Under the pieces are notes generated by a model that made no database searches, was not told where the DNA came from, and was given only the letters and a program-made list of their open reading frames with translations. The position numbers were made by a program, and so were the translations under genes. Positions 39,513-51,203 of a DNA stretch of 64,000 nt are shown here, piece after piece. Location: positions 1 to 64,000 of the forward strand of contig MCFE01000087.1 of the NCBI GenBank assembly GCA_002104905.1, in the 5' to 3' direction. Origin of the DNA: Basidiobolus meristosporus CBS 931.73. Taxonomy: Eukaryota; Fungi; Basidiobolomycota. The first letter of the stretch is position 1; each line of letters opens with the position of its first letter.

Positions 39513-39583
39513 GCGCCGTTAGTACAGTGGTAGAATTGAAGCTTCCCAAGCTTTAGCCCCGGGTTCGATTCCCGGACGGCGCA
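39513..39583 (+). tRNA. tRNA-Gly(CCC) copy 8
   Basis: Identical 71-nt sequence. Confidence 0.95.
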
Positions 39584-40074
39584 CATTATTTTCTTTTCCC
39601 CGATGGCACTCCGCGTCATAGCTGTACCTTGATACACAAACATCCTTTTTCCCACATTGTCAGCCTTTCCCGTATCAAAGTAGTAAGCCAAGTCAGGTTA
39701 CCTTTCAACTTCGATCATGCTCCGCTCATAACAAATCCACCAACTGTCAGTACGTACTTATGGGCTTGTCATGGCTAGTACAGCCGCTCAACTTGGTAGG
39801 ATTTTATTAGCTCCAGTGTGAATCTGGTCTTAGCTGAGCCATGTCATTCGAAGTGGCACAATGGGGTGTTGAGAATTCAACCGATTGGCAAATAGAAGAA
39901 TGTTGAGAGGTTTCGACGGGACATTAATCAACTCGAGGATTTACTTATCCCCTATCATAAATATCGTTCATTGAAGGTTCTGCATTTACTCCAAATGTTA
40001 CAATATGATGAACGCAGTTTGCTTATGAAGGTACAGCTATGATGCGGAGTGCCATCGGGGAAAAGAAAATAATG

Positions 40075-40145
40075 TGCGCCGTCCGGGAATCGAACCCGGG
40101 GCTAAAGCTTGGGAAGCTTCAATTCTACCACTGTACTAACGGCGC
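40075..40145 (-). tRNA. tRNA-Gly(CCC) copy 9
   Basis: Identical 71-nt sequence. Confidence 0.95.
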
Positions 40146-40154
40146 CTCTATATT

Positions 40155-40804
40155 TGTTACAGAGTAAGGAGTCAGTCGATGTTAAGTGACATCAACGCAT
40201 ATAAAGACAACTTAGTAGCCAGGGAAAAGCAAAACAAGACAACTCACCAGACTCACAATAAGGTATAAATACCCATCAAACAATCAAATAAAGGGGAAGT
40301 TTGGTTAGAAGTAGGTAGAGCGGTAGAAACAAATATTACTTGGAATTTATTTCTACAAGTCACCATCCTATCCTTTTAGCAGATATTCTTACTCTACCCT
40401 GTCAAATCTACAAGATAACATACATGTTATCTGTTTTTGTACTCTCTAAAGGATGTTACTCTTCAAGTACGTAACAGAATTGGTGCTCACAGCAGGGGTA
40501 GTATTAAACAAAAGTAATCTACCTCTCACAAGAAGAACGGGAGATGATCACGCTACAATGGGAACAAAGATTGGCCATGATTAGCAATTTCTCCAGATAC
40601 CAGACCAAGGATCCTTTTGCTTGGCTACGGGAATGTGAAGTCGGTCAAAAGGCAAATCAATGGGATCTAGTAGAACTTCCAATGATGGCAGGTGCTTATA
40701 TGAAGGATCTGGCAGCTACTTGGTATGAAGAAAACAAAGGACTTTTGACAGATTGGGAAACCTTTCAGCAAAGATTTAAAGAAAAATACATCACAATGGC
40801 AAGA
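40155..40804 (+). mobile_element. 5' end of LTR retrotransposon type A: LTR 40155-40476, putative PBS, gag fragment
   Basis: TGTTAC...GTAACA LTR 9 bp upstream of tRNA copy 9; TGGTGCTCACAGCAGGGG at 40481; gag-like DPFAWLRECE...AATWYE...DWETFQQRFKEKY. Confidence 0.8.
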
Positions 40805-41088
40805 AAAAACGGATAACATGTATGTTATCTTGTAGATTTGACAGGGTAGTGTAAGAATATCTATTAAAAGGCTAGGATGGTGACTTGTAGAAATATATTC
40901 CAAGTAATATTTGTTTCTACTGCTCTTCCTACCTCTGACCAAGCTTCCCCTTTACTTGATTGTTTGATTGGTATTTATACCTTCTTGTGAGTCAGGTGAT
41001 TTGTCTTGTTTTGCTTTTCCCTGGCTACTAAGTTGTCTTTGTATGTGTTGATGTCACTTAACATCCAGCAACCCCTTACACTGTAACC
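40805..41088 (-). mobile_element. Inverted, truncated LTR type A
   Basis: Reverse-complement homology to 40155-40430. Confidence 0.8.
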
Positions 41089-41882
41089 ACATTGAATAAA
41101 TATAAGCAAGAAAAAGTTGCTAATCTCATTTATTGAGTTAGGTACAAGAATAATATCAAGTAATATAATGAATATATTTATTGCTCATATCAACCCAACC
41201 TCATGAGAAGTCATTCTGGAAAGTAAAAATGATCTTTGGACTAGGCTAGAGTGATTGCTGTAAATTTTGGGGTCTTCCTAAGCATATTTTACATGTGCTT
41301 TTTGCCAAGACCTAGTAAAGGGGCTTTTGGACAGTTAATCAAGTTCTCATTCTGGGCACCTGGCATTTTGGTGAAAAAATATTCATAACAGCAACAATGA
41401 AACATAGCTTTGCAATCTCAGTACAATACTGTGAGAGCTAGGGCCCTGCAGTCAATGCACCTATTTCTTGATTTCTTTTCAATGGCATCTTAGATGTAAA
41501 TTGAGACCAAAGACCAACTGGTAATATATGAATGAATAAACACCAGTCTATTTTGCAACAATAGTTGCTAATAGGTAATGAAGGATTTGTATTCATTTCG
41601 GTTAGTGTTATTCAGAATGTTTAGTAATCATAATTGTTCGCACTTTCTCTAGCTTACATCAAAGGTAAGTATACTTAGGGGTTAAGACAGACCAGGGAGC
41701 GGTGGTTCAAATTTGACACCAGTTCCCTTAAAGAAACACTGGACCTCTCTTATGGCTTATTTCCCAAACCCTCTACTTGAATAAAACCATTCTTAGTACC
41801 CACTATCAATATCTACTTGCGCTGGGAACCACAACACATCCTCATCTGTGATTGTGTACTTGCACAAATGAACACCCATTCT

Positions 41883-42248
41883 CCCCTTCTCTTATCTCGT
41901 GTGATTGGCTATTTACTCTGATTGTAGTCGTGTTGTATTTGTTGTAGGTCAAGTTATTGCGCTCCTCCCCATCAACAGACACGAAGGCCTAGTTTGTGAG
42001 AGTACCGCACCCAACTCGATCCTTGAATCTTCAATTTATATACGGCCTAGTGCTTAATCGACGACTTCCTACACGGAACCATCCTCACATAGGTGCTTTT
42101 AGATAAATTGTGAATAAAATGCGTTGTAAGGAGTGGTTGGGATGGATGGGGTCAACATATACTCCATGCAAAATCTCATCACATGTGGGATCATCCATAA
42201 TTTGGGAGACGGGATTTTTGTGGGCTTCACCCAAATATGTCGATGGAG
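41883..42248 (+). mobile_element. Partial LTR type G plus adjacent leader
   Basis: Matches 20995-21297 and, reverse-complemented, 38942-39005; no adjacent tRNA. Confidence 0.7.
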
Positions 42249-44300
42249 CTCTCCTTGGTGATCTTGAAAAAGTACTGCCCCAACTGCTACATCTGATGCA
42301 TCCGTTTCCACCGTAAATGGTTTGTTTAGACATGGAGGTTTTAGGACGGAGGCACTGGTGAGGGCTTCCTTCAGTTGACTGAATGCCGTTTGACATAATG
42401 CTCATTACACCGGTCTTTTCTTTGGGTCCAACCCTCTAATAAAGTTGGACAATGGTGCAGATATGCCTGCAAAACCTCTTATGAACTTGCGATAGTAGGA
42501 TGCCCACCCCAGGAACTGTCAAGCTTGTACATTGCTTGTGGTTGGCCACTCTCTAATGACTTGTACTTGGTAAGGTCTAGTTTGATCCCTTCAGCTGACA
42601 CTATACGGCCGACAAATTTTAGGGAGGTCTTCCCAAACCCATATTTCTTCTTTTTTGTATACAGACGGTTTCTCTTCAAGATTTCCAGGATTTGTCTGAC
42701 ATGACCTTTGTGACTTGCCTGGTCTGGGCAACAAATTAAAATATCATTTAGGTATACAATTACATATGAGTCTAGATATGAGTTCAACACCCGGTTCACC
42801 ATTGCCTGGAAAACTGGGGGAGCATTTACCAATCCAAAAGGCAGCGCCTCGAATTCAAAATCTCTATAACATTTGTAACCTCACATTCTGGTGGTGTGGG
42901 AAGGGCGCAGAACACCCAGTTATCATCATAGGTGTTAATTTCCAATGTGACTTTAGCCACTTGGTTGGTTAATTCAATTTGGGCATTAGCCATTTCCACT
43001 TAGAACTGGTCACTTGTTTCTAATAGAATATCATCGAACTTCAAAAACTTTCGATCAATGTAGCTGATACTGGCTCCGCTATCAATCAGAATTCTGGCTG
43101 GTCTTGCTGCCACCGAAGCCTTGATGAGTCTCAACCAGTGTGGGTTCACATGCAGGTGCTCCGTTGTCCTTTTGATCCTAGCAGGATTGCTACTGCTTAA
43201 CTTTGGTGTGTGATAAGGTATAGCTGTCACTGTTGCTATGGCATTATCATTTGGATTGTCTGTTATGCTTGGGTGGTCCTACTTACTTTCTTTGAGGGCC
43301 TCGTACATCTCGTTCATAACTAGTGGAGAATTATGCATCATATCTTCCGCTCTGGGGCAGTCTAGGGTTTTGCTTGGTCTCATTCTATCAGCTCTAAGGG
43401 GTTCTAATAGTTGGGGTTCGAGGGGTTCATAGGCTCTTGGTAGTCGTAGTCCGCCAAGTTCATAGGGCTTGCTACATTTTCACTGTTTGTCTTCAATATA
43501 TTTCTATGGGCCATAGGGTCACTGGGGGCATAATCATCAACAATTCTTTCCTCTCGGGGTCCTGGATATATCTCCCTCTTCTGCTTTTTTGGGCGCAGTC
43601 ATAACTAGGCCATCTATGGCTGCCTCCTTCAGTTTTTTTGTTTCTTAGGACATTCTCTTGAGATGTGTCCTGGCTGGCGACACCGGAAGCATAGGCATTC
43701 CCTCTACATTCTTCACATAAATCTTTGCTTAGTTTGGGCAGGTTTAATTGCGCTGTCTGCAAATCTACCTCCATAGGATCAAGCTGATTATACAGGCTGG
43801 ATGGTGCTGTGGACACTTGAGGTAGCGTGTTGATTCTGTTTGTCTTTGATTGAAAGAGCATCTGATCAACTGTTTCTACCATTCGAACGGCCTCTTCAAA
43901 TGTCAGGGGATCTTGCAGCTTGACTTGTACTTTGGCGCGTGGTTTCAGTCCACATACAACTCGGTCAAGCTTTTCATCCTCCGTCATTGTTGTAATCTGT
44001 AGAACAATGTTCCTGAATTCTGTAACATATGCAGCAACTGACATTGTTTGTTGCGTGACAGCTAATTTATCCCAAGCCAGTTGTAAGTAATTTGATGGCT
44101 TGAATTCTGCACATAACTTTGTTTTGAAACGCTCCCAACCCTTCTGACGGCCTATTGGTTGTTCACATTTCCATTATATGGCTGCATCATCCCGTATAAG
44201 TGATATAGCATAATTGACCTTCGGTACGAGTGTTGATTGCATAGTTTCACCGTAATGGTCTACCACAAATAACCACGCTTAATTGGACTTTGAAAGGTCT
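42249..44300 (-). mobile_element. Degenerate Ty3/gypsy internal region (gag, PR, partial RT, RNase H start)
   Basis: gag EDEKLDRVVCGLKP; protease ILIDSGASISYI; RT NAPPVFQAMVN...VYLNDILI; RNase [16 protein letters not shown], truncated at about 42249. Confidence 0.85.
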
Positions 44301-44409
44301 TGATGGATTGGTTTTTGTCAAATACTCTTGTATAAGGTTCTGGGTGTTGAGCAACTGTTGTACAATATCATTCTTGCTCATTGTATTATATGGTTCTCTG
44401 GCAGTCGCT

Positions 44410-45346
44410 GTGCAGTTGAAACTTCTTGTGATCTTCCTTTTGTATTAGCACTTTGGTTCCTACTTCTGGTTATTGGTCATCTACGTTTTTGTCATATCTT
44501 AATTTCATTTGTTGACCTTGGTCTTTATGCCGTTTTAAAAACCTACTCCCGCTTGTGACCTAACTTCCATTTCTCGTATCCTCCATTCTACTTTATCATC
44601 ATCGTCTTCAGGATTCCACAGATTTGGTTGTGTTGTGGCACCTGGCATCTTTGGCTCTTGTCTTTATACCACATAGAATGGTGAATACGCAACAAGTCAC
44701 ATGGGCTCGTATTCTGCATGCAAAGAGTACCTGCTGAACAAAATCATTTCACTTGTGGTGTATACCTTGAACATAGGTTGCTAGCATTCGGTAAAGCAGC
44801 CCGTTAAAACGTTCATTCACCCCATTTTTTCTAGGATGAATAGCTGAAGTCTTAAATGTTTGATTCCTTGTAGTTTAACGTAGCTTCCCATTACCCCTTC
44901 AATGAAGTTTTGCCAGCACTGGATGGGTCCATTCGTTATAAGTAAAAAAATACCGTTCTCAATGTGTCAGATCGTACATACAAGTGGCGAGATGCATAGA
45001 ACGTTAATCTACTGAGACAGACTAAAAATAGCTTTACAAGATGGGTCATTCCCGAAAAAAGGGGTTGATACTGTAAAGACAAAGATTCTTCCTGAGAAAA
45101 ATCAGTTGAAGAAGGGGAGAATGTTGTAATAGTTTGAAAGCTGTCCTGAACGAACTGAAGATCTGGGCATATACAGAGGCGTCAGCACCAAATAACACCT
45201 AAGTATATGCAAATAGATGGCCAGATATGAAACAAAACTGTTTGCATGTATTCGGAAAATGTGTTAAATAGCTGATCGCAGGCCAAAATAAAGGCAGACT
45301 TGGTTACACCAAACAAAGGAACAGGAATAACCCGGATCGCATAGCA
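44410..45346 (+). mobile_element. 3' end of gypsy element type E: integrase (core inverted), PPT, 3' LTR 45122-45346
   Basis: rve motifs on minus 44410-44915; HWMGPF tail on plus from 44916; PPT GAAGAAGGGGAGAA; LTR TGTTG...ATAGCA. Confidence 0.75.
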
Positions 45347-46273
45347 TTTTCATCTCTCTTCTGTTTTGGACACTCGTAATTTGGTCGTATCTTTCTGCAA
45401 TCATGTAGGTCTCCTTAAATGAGCTAGGATTTTGAAGCTCTACCTCTCTTCTAGTTGCCTTCATAAGTCCACGTGTGTACCGATCAAGTATCTCATCTTC
45501 AGCAATTCCCTCAATATCCAATAGAATACTCTTGAATTGGTTAGCGAAATTATTAATTGTTTCCTTCTGAACTAGCCGTACAAGTTTGTCTCTGGCACGC
45601 TTAGTTGCTGTTACGAGCTTGAATTCGGTCCTCAATTTTTGTTTGAACCAATTCCACTGTTCAACTTCAACTTCATAACCTTCTTGGACTCTCTTCAAGT
45701 GAGACCTCCATGATAACAACGCTTGTCCCCTGAACAGACTTGATGCGTAATCCACCATTTGTGACTTACTAACGTTTGTAAATTTCAGGTGCTTTTCAAC
45801 TTGGAAAATCCAAGAATCCACATTTGATTTTCCTTCAAACGTGTCAGGCTTTACTAACTTTGCGTGATCGGACCCCATACTTCCATATGCCTTCCAGATA
45901 TCTTCTGTTGTAGGCAAGTTCTCTTGCGCACCATATTGCGCCTTTAGCCACTGGTTTCCTTCATTTAATTCTTGCTATTGCTCGCGTAGCAATGCATTGA
46001 TGTCTTTTCCAGAGCTACATCCTTTGGTACTCTTGCTATTGGGAGAACCGCCTTTTGTGTTGCTGCTATCCAAGTGTTATGAACTCCGGGTTGTTCCTAT
46101 TCCTTTGTTTGATGTAATCAAGTCTGCCTTTATTTGGCCTGCGATCAACTATTTAACACATTGTTTCATATCTGGCCGTCTATTTGCATATACTTGAGTG
46201 TTATTTGGTGCTGGCGCCTCTGTATATGCCTAGACCTTTAGTTCGCTCAGGTCAGGTTTCAAGCTATTATTAC
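45347..46273 (-). mobile_element. 5' end of gypsy element type E: LTR 46075-about 46273, PBS-like TGGATAGCAGC, gag fragment
   Basis: gag KLVKPDTFEGKSNVDSWIF, homologous to elements B and C; LTR is the reverse complement of 45122-45346. Confidence 0.8.
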
Positions 46274-46279
46274 TTGTAA

Positions 46280-46499
46280 TGTTACGCTCGTAGAGGGAAA
46301 TCCCGGCTAAACAGTAAATCTCTTGGGATTCCGGTGAGAGTAAGAGTTGATCCAGGATGCAAGGGAGAAGATACTTTATTCGTGTACAAGTCTATCTGTA
46401 ATAGTTATTCATGGTGTGCTTTATATGCAGTGTGCTAAATTAAGTTTTAGTGATAAATTAGTAATGGATAGGGTTTCTGGTATACTTTACCCTGTAACA
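46280..46499. mobile_element. Solo LTR type D
   Basis: TGTTAC...TGTAACA; homologous to 46828-47136. Confidence 0.7.
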
Positions 46500-46501
46500 A
46501 G

Positions 46502-46824
46502 TGTTATGTGCTTAAAGAGTAATGTCCTTTAGAGAGTACAAAAATGGATAACGTGTATGTTATCTCGTAGATTCAACGGGGTAGTGTAAGAATATCTCTT
46601 CAAAGGTTAGGGTGGTGACTTGTAGAAATAAATTCCAAGTAATATTTGTTTCTACCGCTCTTCCTGCTTCTAACCAAACTTCTCTCTTTATTTGATTGTT
46701 TGACTTGTATTTATACCTTATTGTGAGTCTGGTGATTTGTCTTGTTTTGCTTTTCTCTGGCTACTAAGTTGTCTTTGTACTCATTGGTGTCACTTAACAT
46801 CAAGTGACTCCTTACTCTGTAACA
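46502..46824 (-). mobile_element. Solo LTR type A
   Basis: TGTTAT...TGTAACA; reverse complement of 40155-40476. Confidence 0.85.
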
Positions 46825-46827
46825 AGT

Positions 46828-47136
46828 TGTCATGCTCATTGAAGAAAATCTTAGTTAAGCAGTGTATCTTTTGGGATTCTGGATAGGGTAGAGTTGATCC
46901 AGGTTGCAAGTAAGAAGATACTTTATTTGTGTACAAACCTGTCTGCAATTGTTATTCATAGTGTGCCTTTTATACTGTGTGTGCTAATTAGGTTTCAGTG
47001 ATAAACTAGTGATAAATTGATGCTAGATAGGGTTTTGGTCAGAGTAACTCTATTTGATTGCCTTATATCCATACAGATGGTTGTCTTTTGCAGGGGGCCT
47101 ACCACTTATCCTAGTGGTATATTTTACCCTGTAACA
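46828..47136. mobile_element. Solo LTR type D (longer variant)
   Basis: TGTCAT...TGTAACA; shares the GAGTTGATCCAGG...GATACTTTATT core with 46280-46499. Confidence 0.7.
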
Positions 47137-47139
47137 AGA

Positions 47140-50100
47140 TGTTATGATATTCAGGTCTGGTTCTCCCACTTTGCTGGTGTAACAAGACCTGTCTTTATTT
47201 TTACCACAGGATCTGCTTTTAACACAATTCCCAATTGCTTGCATAGACTATTGTCTCAAGTTTGCCCAACAGTGAGCATATAATGAAGCATTATCACATG
47301 GTGACATAACTATATATGTTGTGATCATCTGAATGTTCTGGTTGGGTTTCAGACTGATAACATTTTCCCCTTCTTCAGTTGATTCTTCTCCTAAAGAATC
47401 TTCAACTTTAAAATACCAAATTTTCTTTTCAGGAAATGGTCCCCCTTGAAGGGCTACTTGGTGGACCAATGTTATCTGTATTTGCTCATCAAGGTCTACT
47501 AGCTGATATGTTGAAAACAGCATAACTCTTCTAATTGTGAATGGTCCCATCCAGTATGGTTGAAACTTCTTGTGGTCTTCCTTACGCATTAAGACTCTTG
47601 TTCCTATCTCAAATTCTTGACTGCTTGCATTCTTGTCATTGTTGTAAAATTTTGTAATTCCTCCTAAATACTCACCTAACTTAGTCACTTAGAGCATTAC
47701 CTTCAAATCCTAGAGAATACTGACCAAATTCCTTGTTGGGATTTACTTCAAATATTTTCACCAAAATATCAGGTACCCAGAATATGAGAATTAGAAAAGT
47801 TGTCCAAACAGCCCCAAACTTTGCACAGATGTTCTTGAGACCTTCCTAACCCTATTTTACATGTTTGTTATGCCAAGACCATGTAAAAGTATTAATACTA
47901 CTTTTACATTCAATAAATCATCAAGTGAAAACCACATAATCTACTTGTTCTCCCAATCACTTCCAATATCTCCAAGACTCTTACAACAGTCATAACATAA
48001 GATCATTTGCTGGCCTTGGTTTTCAAGTTGCTTCAGCACTTCTTCCCTCCTATGATCTAGACTTTCCAATTCTCTGATCTTTCATTCTGCTTCATCATCT
48101 TCATCATCAAGGTCCCAAAGATCTGGATGCAATGTGTCACCAGGTATCATGGGTTCCCTCCCATAGACAAGATAAAAGGGCAAGTATCCTGTAGCTATGC
48201 AAGACTGTATTTGACATGCAAATAGTGCTTGCCGTACAAAATCATCCCATTTATGTTGTGCCCCCTGAACATAAATTGTCAACATTTGGCTAAAGAGTCC
48301 ATTGAAGTGTTCATTAACCCCATTTGTTCTGGGGTGAAAGGCAGATGTTTTTAAATGTTTGATCCCCTGTAATTCTATGTAATTCTTCATGATTCCTTCA
48401 ATGAAGTTTTGTCCTCTATCTGTGAGAATTTCCTCAGTGCATCCAAACTGTAAAGTATTATCTTATACAGAAAAATTGCTACTTCTTTTGCGGTAGCTTT
48501 TCTTATTGATTGGGCAATTGGCCACTTTGTTGTGTGGTCAATTGCCATTAATATCCCCTTGTTACCTCTCCTAGTGTTTGTAAGTCTTCCAATGAAGTCT
48601 AAACTCCAGCTACTAAATGCTGGGACTTGGGGTAACAAATGTAGTGATGCAGCCTGCTGCTTCCTGCTTTTTATTAACTGACAGTTAGGGCAGAATTGTA
48701 TGGCCAGTGCAATATTTTCTGCCATATTTGGCCACTGGTTAGCATACACAGACAATACAGAATTTCTTGGTCTTGATATTTTCTGCACAATACTTCTTCA
48801 TTAACTTGGAACTTATCAAGCTCTTATAATACTAACTCATTGACTTCTATAGTTGTTCCCTCAGGGAAGGTCTGGTTGCAACAGTACTCCACCTACTGCC
48901 CAAGATAAGGCATTTGTTGTCAAATAAAAGATTCTTGTGAAATCAGTACTTTTCAATACTGGTATGTTCAATAAAGCTTGCTTCAACCCTTGGGATGCTA
49001 CTTTACAGTTTGCTTCTGGAATTATTCTTGCCACTACATCATCACTGAATGTAGGTGTACTCCATGAGACATAAGTTTTCTTTTTAGCTAAGACAGTGTT
49101 TTATGCTGCTAATTTGACATCTTGGCTCTTTGTTGGTTGGATTAATAACTTGAGTGTCTTTACCAATACTTCAGAGATGTAATTATCACTTGATCCAATG
49201 TCTAAAATAACTTTCACTGGTTGACTACTAATTTCCACCAGCCACTGAATTACTGGCTTTGTTGGTTCTTCTATTTGCCAATTAAACTCTTCTACCATGT
49301 GTAAGATATGTTGTTCTTTTATTGCATTCAACATTTCTGCAGAGTCTTCTACTTCCACTTTGAACAGGTTATCCTTCTTACACTTAGAACATTCATAAAA
49401 TTGATGGCCTTCTTTTTTGCAATTGGAACACAGATTGTGTTTCATGCAATATTCTTTAGTTTTTTTCTTATTTTGATCCAATGTTTTGGCAGATTCTTGT
49501 CCTTCTTTTCTACCTGCTTAGATATTGCCAAACATAATCTGTTTATATCTTTCTGCCATCATATGTGCTTCTCTAAATGTTTGTGGGTCATGAAACTCCA
49601 CTTCTTTTCTTGTTGATTTTTTTAAACCACAAACATAACAATCAAGTATCTCATCCTTAGAGATACTGTCAATATCCAACAGCAGATTTTTGAAGTGGCT
49701 AGTATAACTACTAACTGTTCCTTTTTGGACTAACTTAGCAAGTTTATATCTGGCTTGCTTTGTAGCTGTTATTGGTTTAAACTCTGTTACTGATTCTTGT
49801 TTGAATTCCCTCCATATCTCAATTTCATCTTCATGACCTTCATTAGACCTTCTTAAATACAATCTCCACCACAATAATGCTCTTCGGATCAGACTTGAAG
49901 TGTATTCAACTTTCTGAGACTGACCAACATTTGTGAACTTCATATACTTCTCAACTTGAAATATCCAAGTGTCCACATTTGATTTTCCTTCATAAGTTTC
50001 AGGCTTTGTCAACTTTACCCAATTAGATCCTGGACTTCCATATGCCTTCAAAATATCTTCTTTTGTAAGCAAATCTTCTTGTGCACTATATTGTGCCTTC

Positions 50101-50473
50101 AGCCACTGGTTCTCTTCCTTTAATTCTTGTAATTGCTCTCTTAGCAATGCATTTAAGTCTTCACCAGGGATACTACCTTCAGTACTTTTACTAGTACTCA
50201 TCTTCTCTTCTTTTTCCAGAGGATCTACAATGAATTGTTGCTACCAAATGCTATGATATTCAGGTCCGGTTCTCCCACTTTGCTGGTGTAACAAGGTCTG
50301 TTTTTATTTTTAGCGCTGGATCTGCTTTTAACACAATTCCCAACTGCTTGCATAGACTATTGTCTCAAGTTTGCCCAACAGTGAGCATATATTGAAACAT
50401 CATCACACGGTGATATAACTACATATGTTGTGATCATCTGAATGTTCTGTTTGGGTTTCAGACTATTGTAACA
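47140..50473 (-). mobile_element. Degenerate Ty3/gypsy element B (LTRs 50249-50473 and 47140-47362; gag, Zn knuckle, PR, RH remnant, IN; RT deleted)
   Basis: Paired LTRs of about 225 bp; PBS TGGTAGCAACAA (iMet-like); PPT before the 3' LTR; CSNCKKEGHQFYEC; VILDIGSSDNYI; WSLDFIG; WMGPF. U3 end lies 11 bp from tRNA copy 10. Confidence 0.9.
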
Positions 50474-50484
50474 AAAATGTAGAG

Positions 50485-50555
50485 GCGCCGTTAGTACAGT
50501 GGTAGAATTGAAGCTTCCCAAGCTTTAGCCCCGGGTTTGATTCCCGGACGGCGCA
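50485..50555 (+). tRNA. tRNA-Gly(CCC) copy 10, T-loop variant (TTTGA), possibly impaired
   Basis: One C>T at the invariant B-box C56. Confidence 0.85.
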
Positions 50556-51121
50556 TCACCTTTTTCATTTAATCAATGGCATTCCTCGAACCGTCACACT
50601 ACCTCCCAAATTTTGGAGCAACTTTAGAATTTCCAGTAGAAGGGAATCCATGCACTTGTACCATTTCAACGCCGGTTTTCCGTACCATCAAAGTGAAGAG
50701 ATTTAAATTTATGAATCATCAATCTTCCGAAAACACACTGGACCAATTGAAATAATAGGTCGAAATGTGTATGTTTGTAATAGAGTAGTAAGTTAAAGAG
50801 CGGAGTGGCCTTGGTATTCCGGTAAACTTAAGGATCAACTGAGCACAAGTTCCATCAGAGCCCTAAAACTAGGAAATATTGTGGAAACCCACAATAATAG
50901 CAGAAATCATTCCAAATCTTGAAGGAGCTATGTAATTGACAAGAAAAATGAAGTTGGTGTATTTTGAGCACAAACGGGTCAATGCTGAGATCACCCAACT
51001 AGGCTTTGATCCACTGGTGATTTTACAGTTTCTCCAAATGTTGTGTTTTGATGGATATGATATACTCTTGGTTGTACGGTATTCATTTTCGGAGTGCCCG
51101 TAAACGGGAGCAAAAGATTGT

Positions 51122-51192
51122 TGCGCCGTCCGGGAATCAAACCCAGGGCTAAAGCTTGGGAAGCTTCAATTCTACCACTGTACTAACGGCGC
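51122..51192 (-). tRNA. tRNA-Gly(CCC) copy 11, two C>T changes, possible pseudogene
   Basis: Sense AGCCCTGGGTTTGATT versus consensus AGCCCCGGGTTCGATT. Confidence 0.8.
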
Positions 51193-51203
51193 CTCTGTAT
51201 TTG

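Larger units (their letters stand above)
50474..51203. repeat. Convergent tRNA-pair cassette, inverted duplicate of 55235-55963
   Basis: Both have a 566-bp spacer; reverse-complement match apart from one 63-bp flipped block. Confidence 0.9.
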
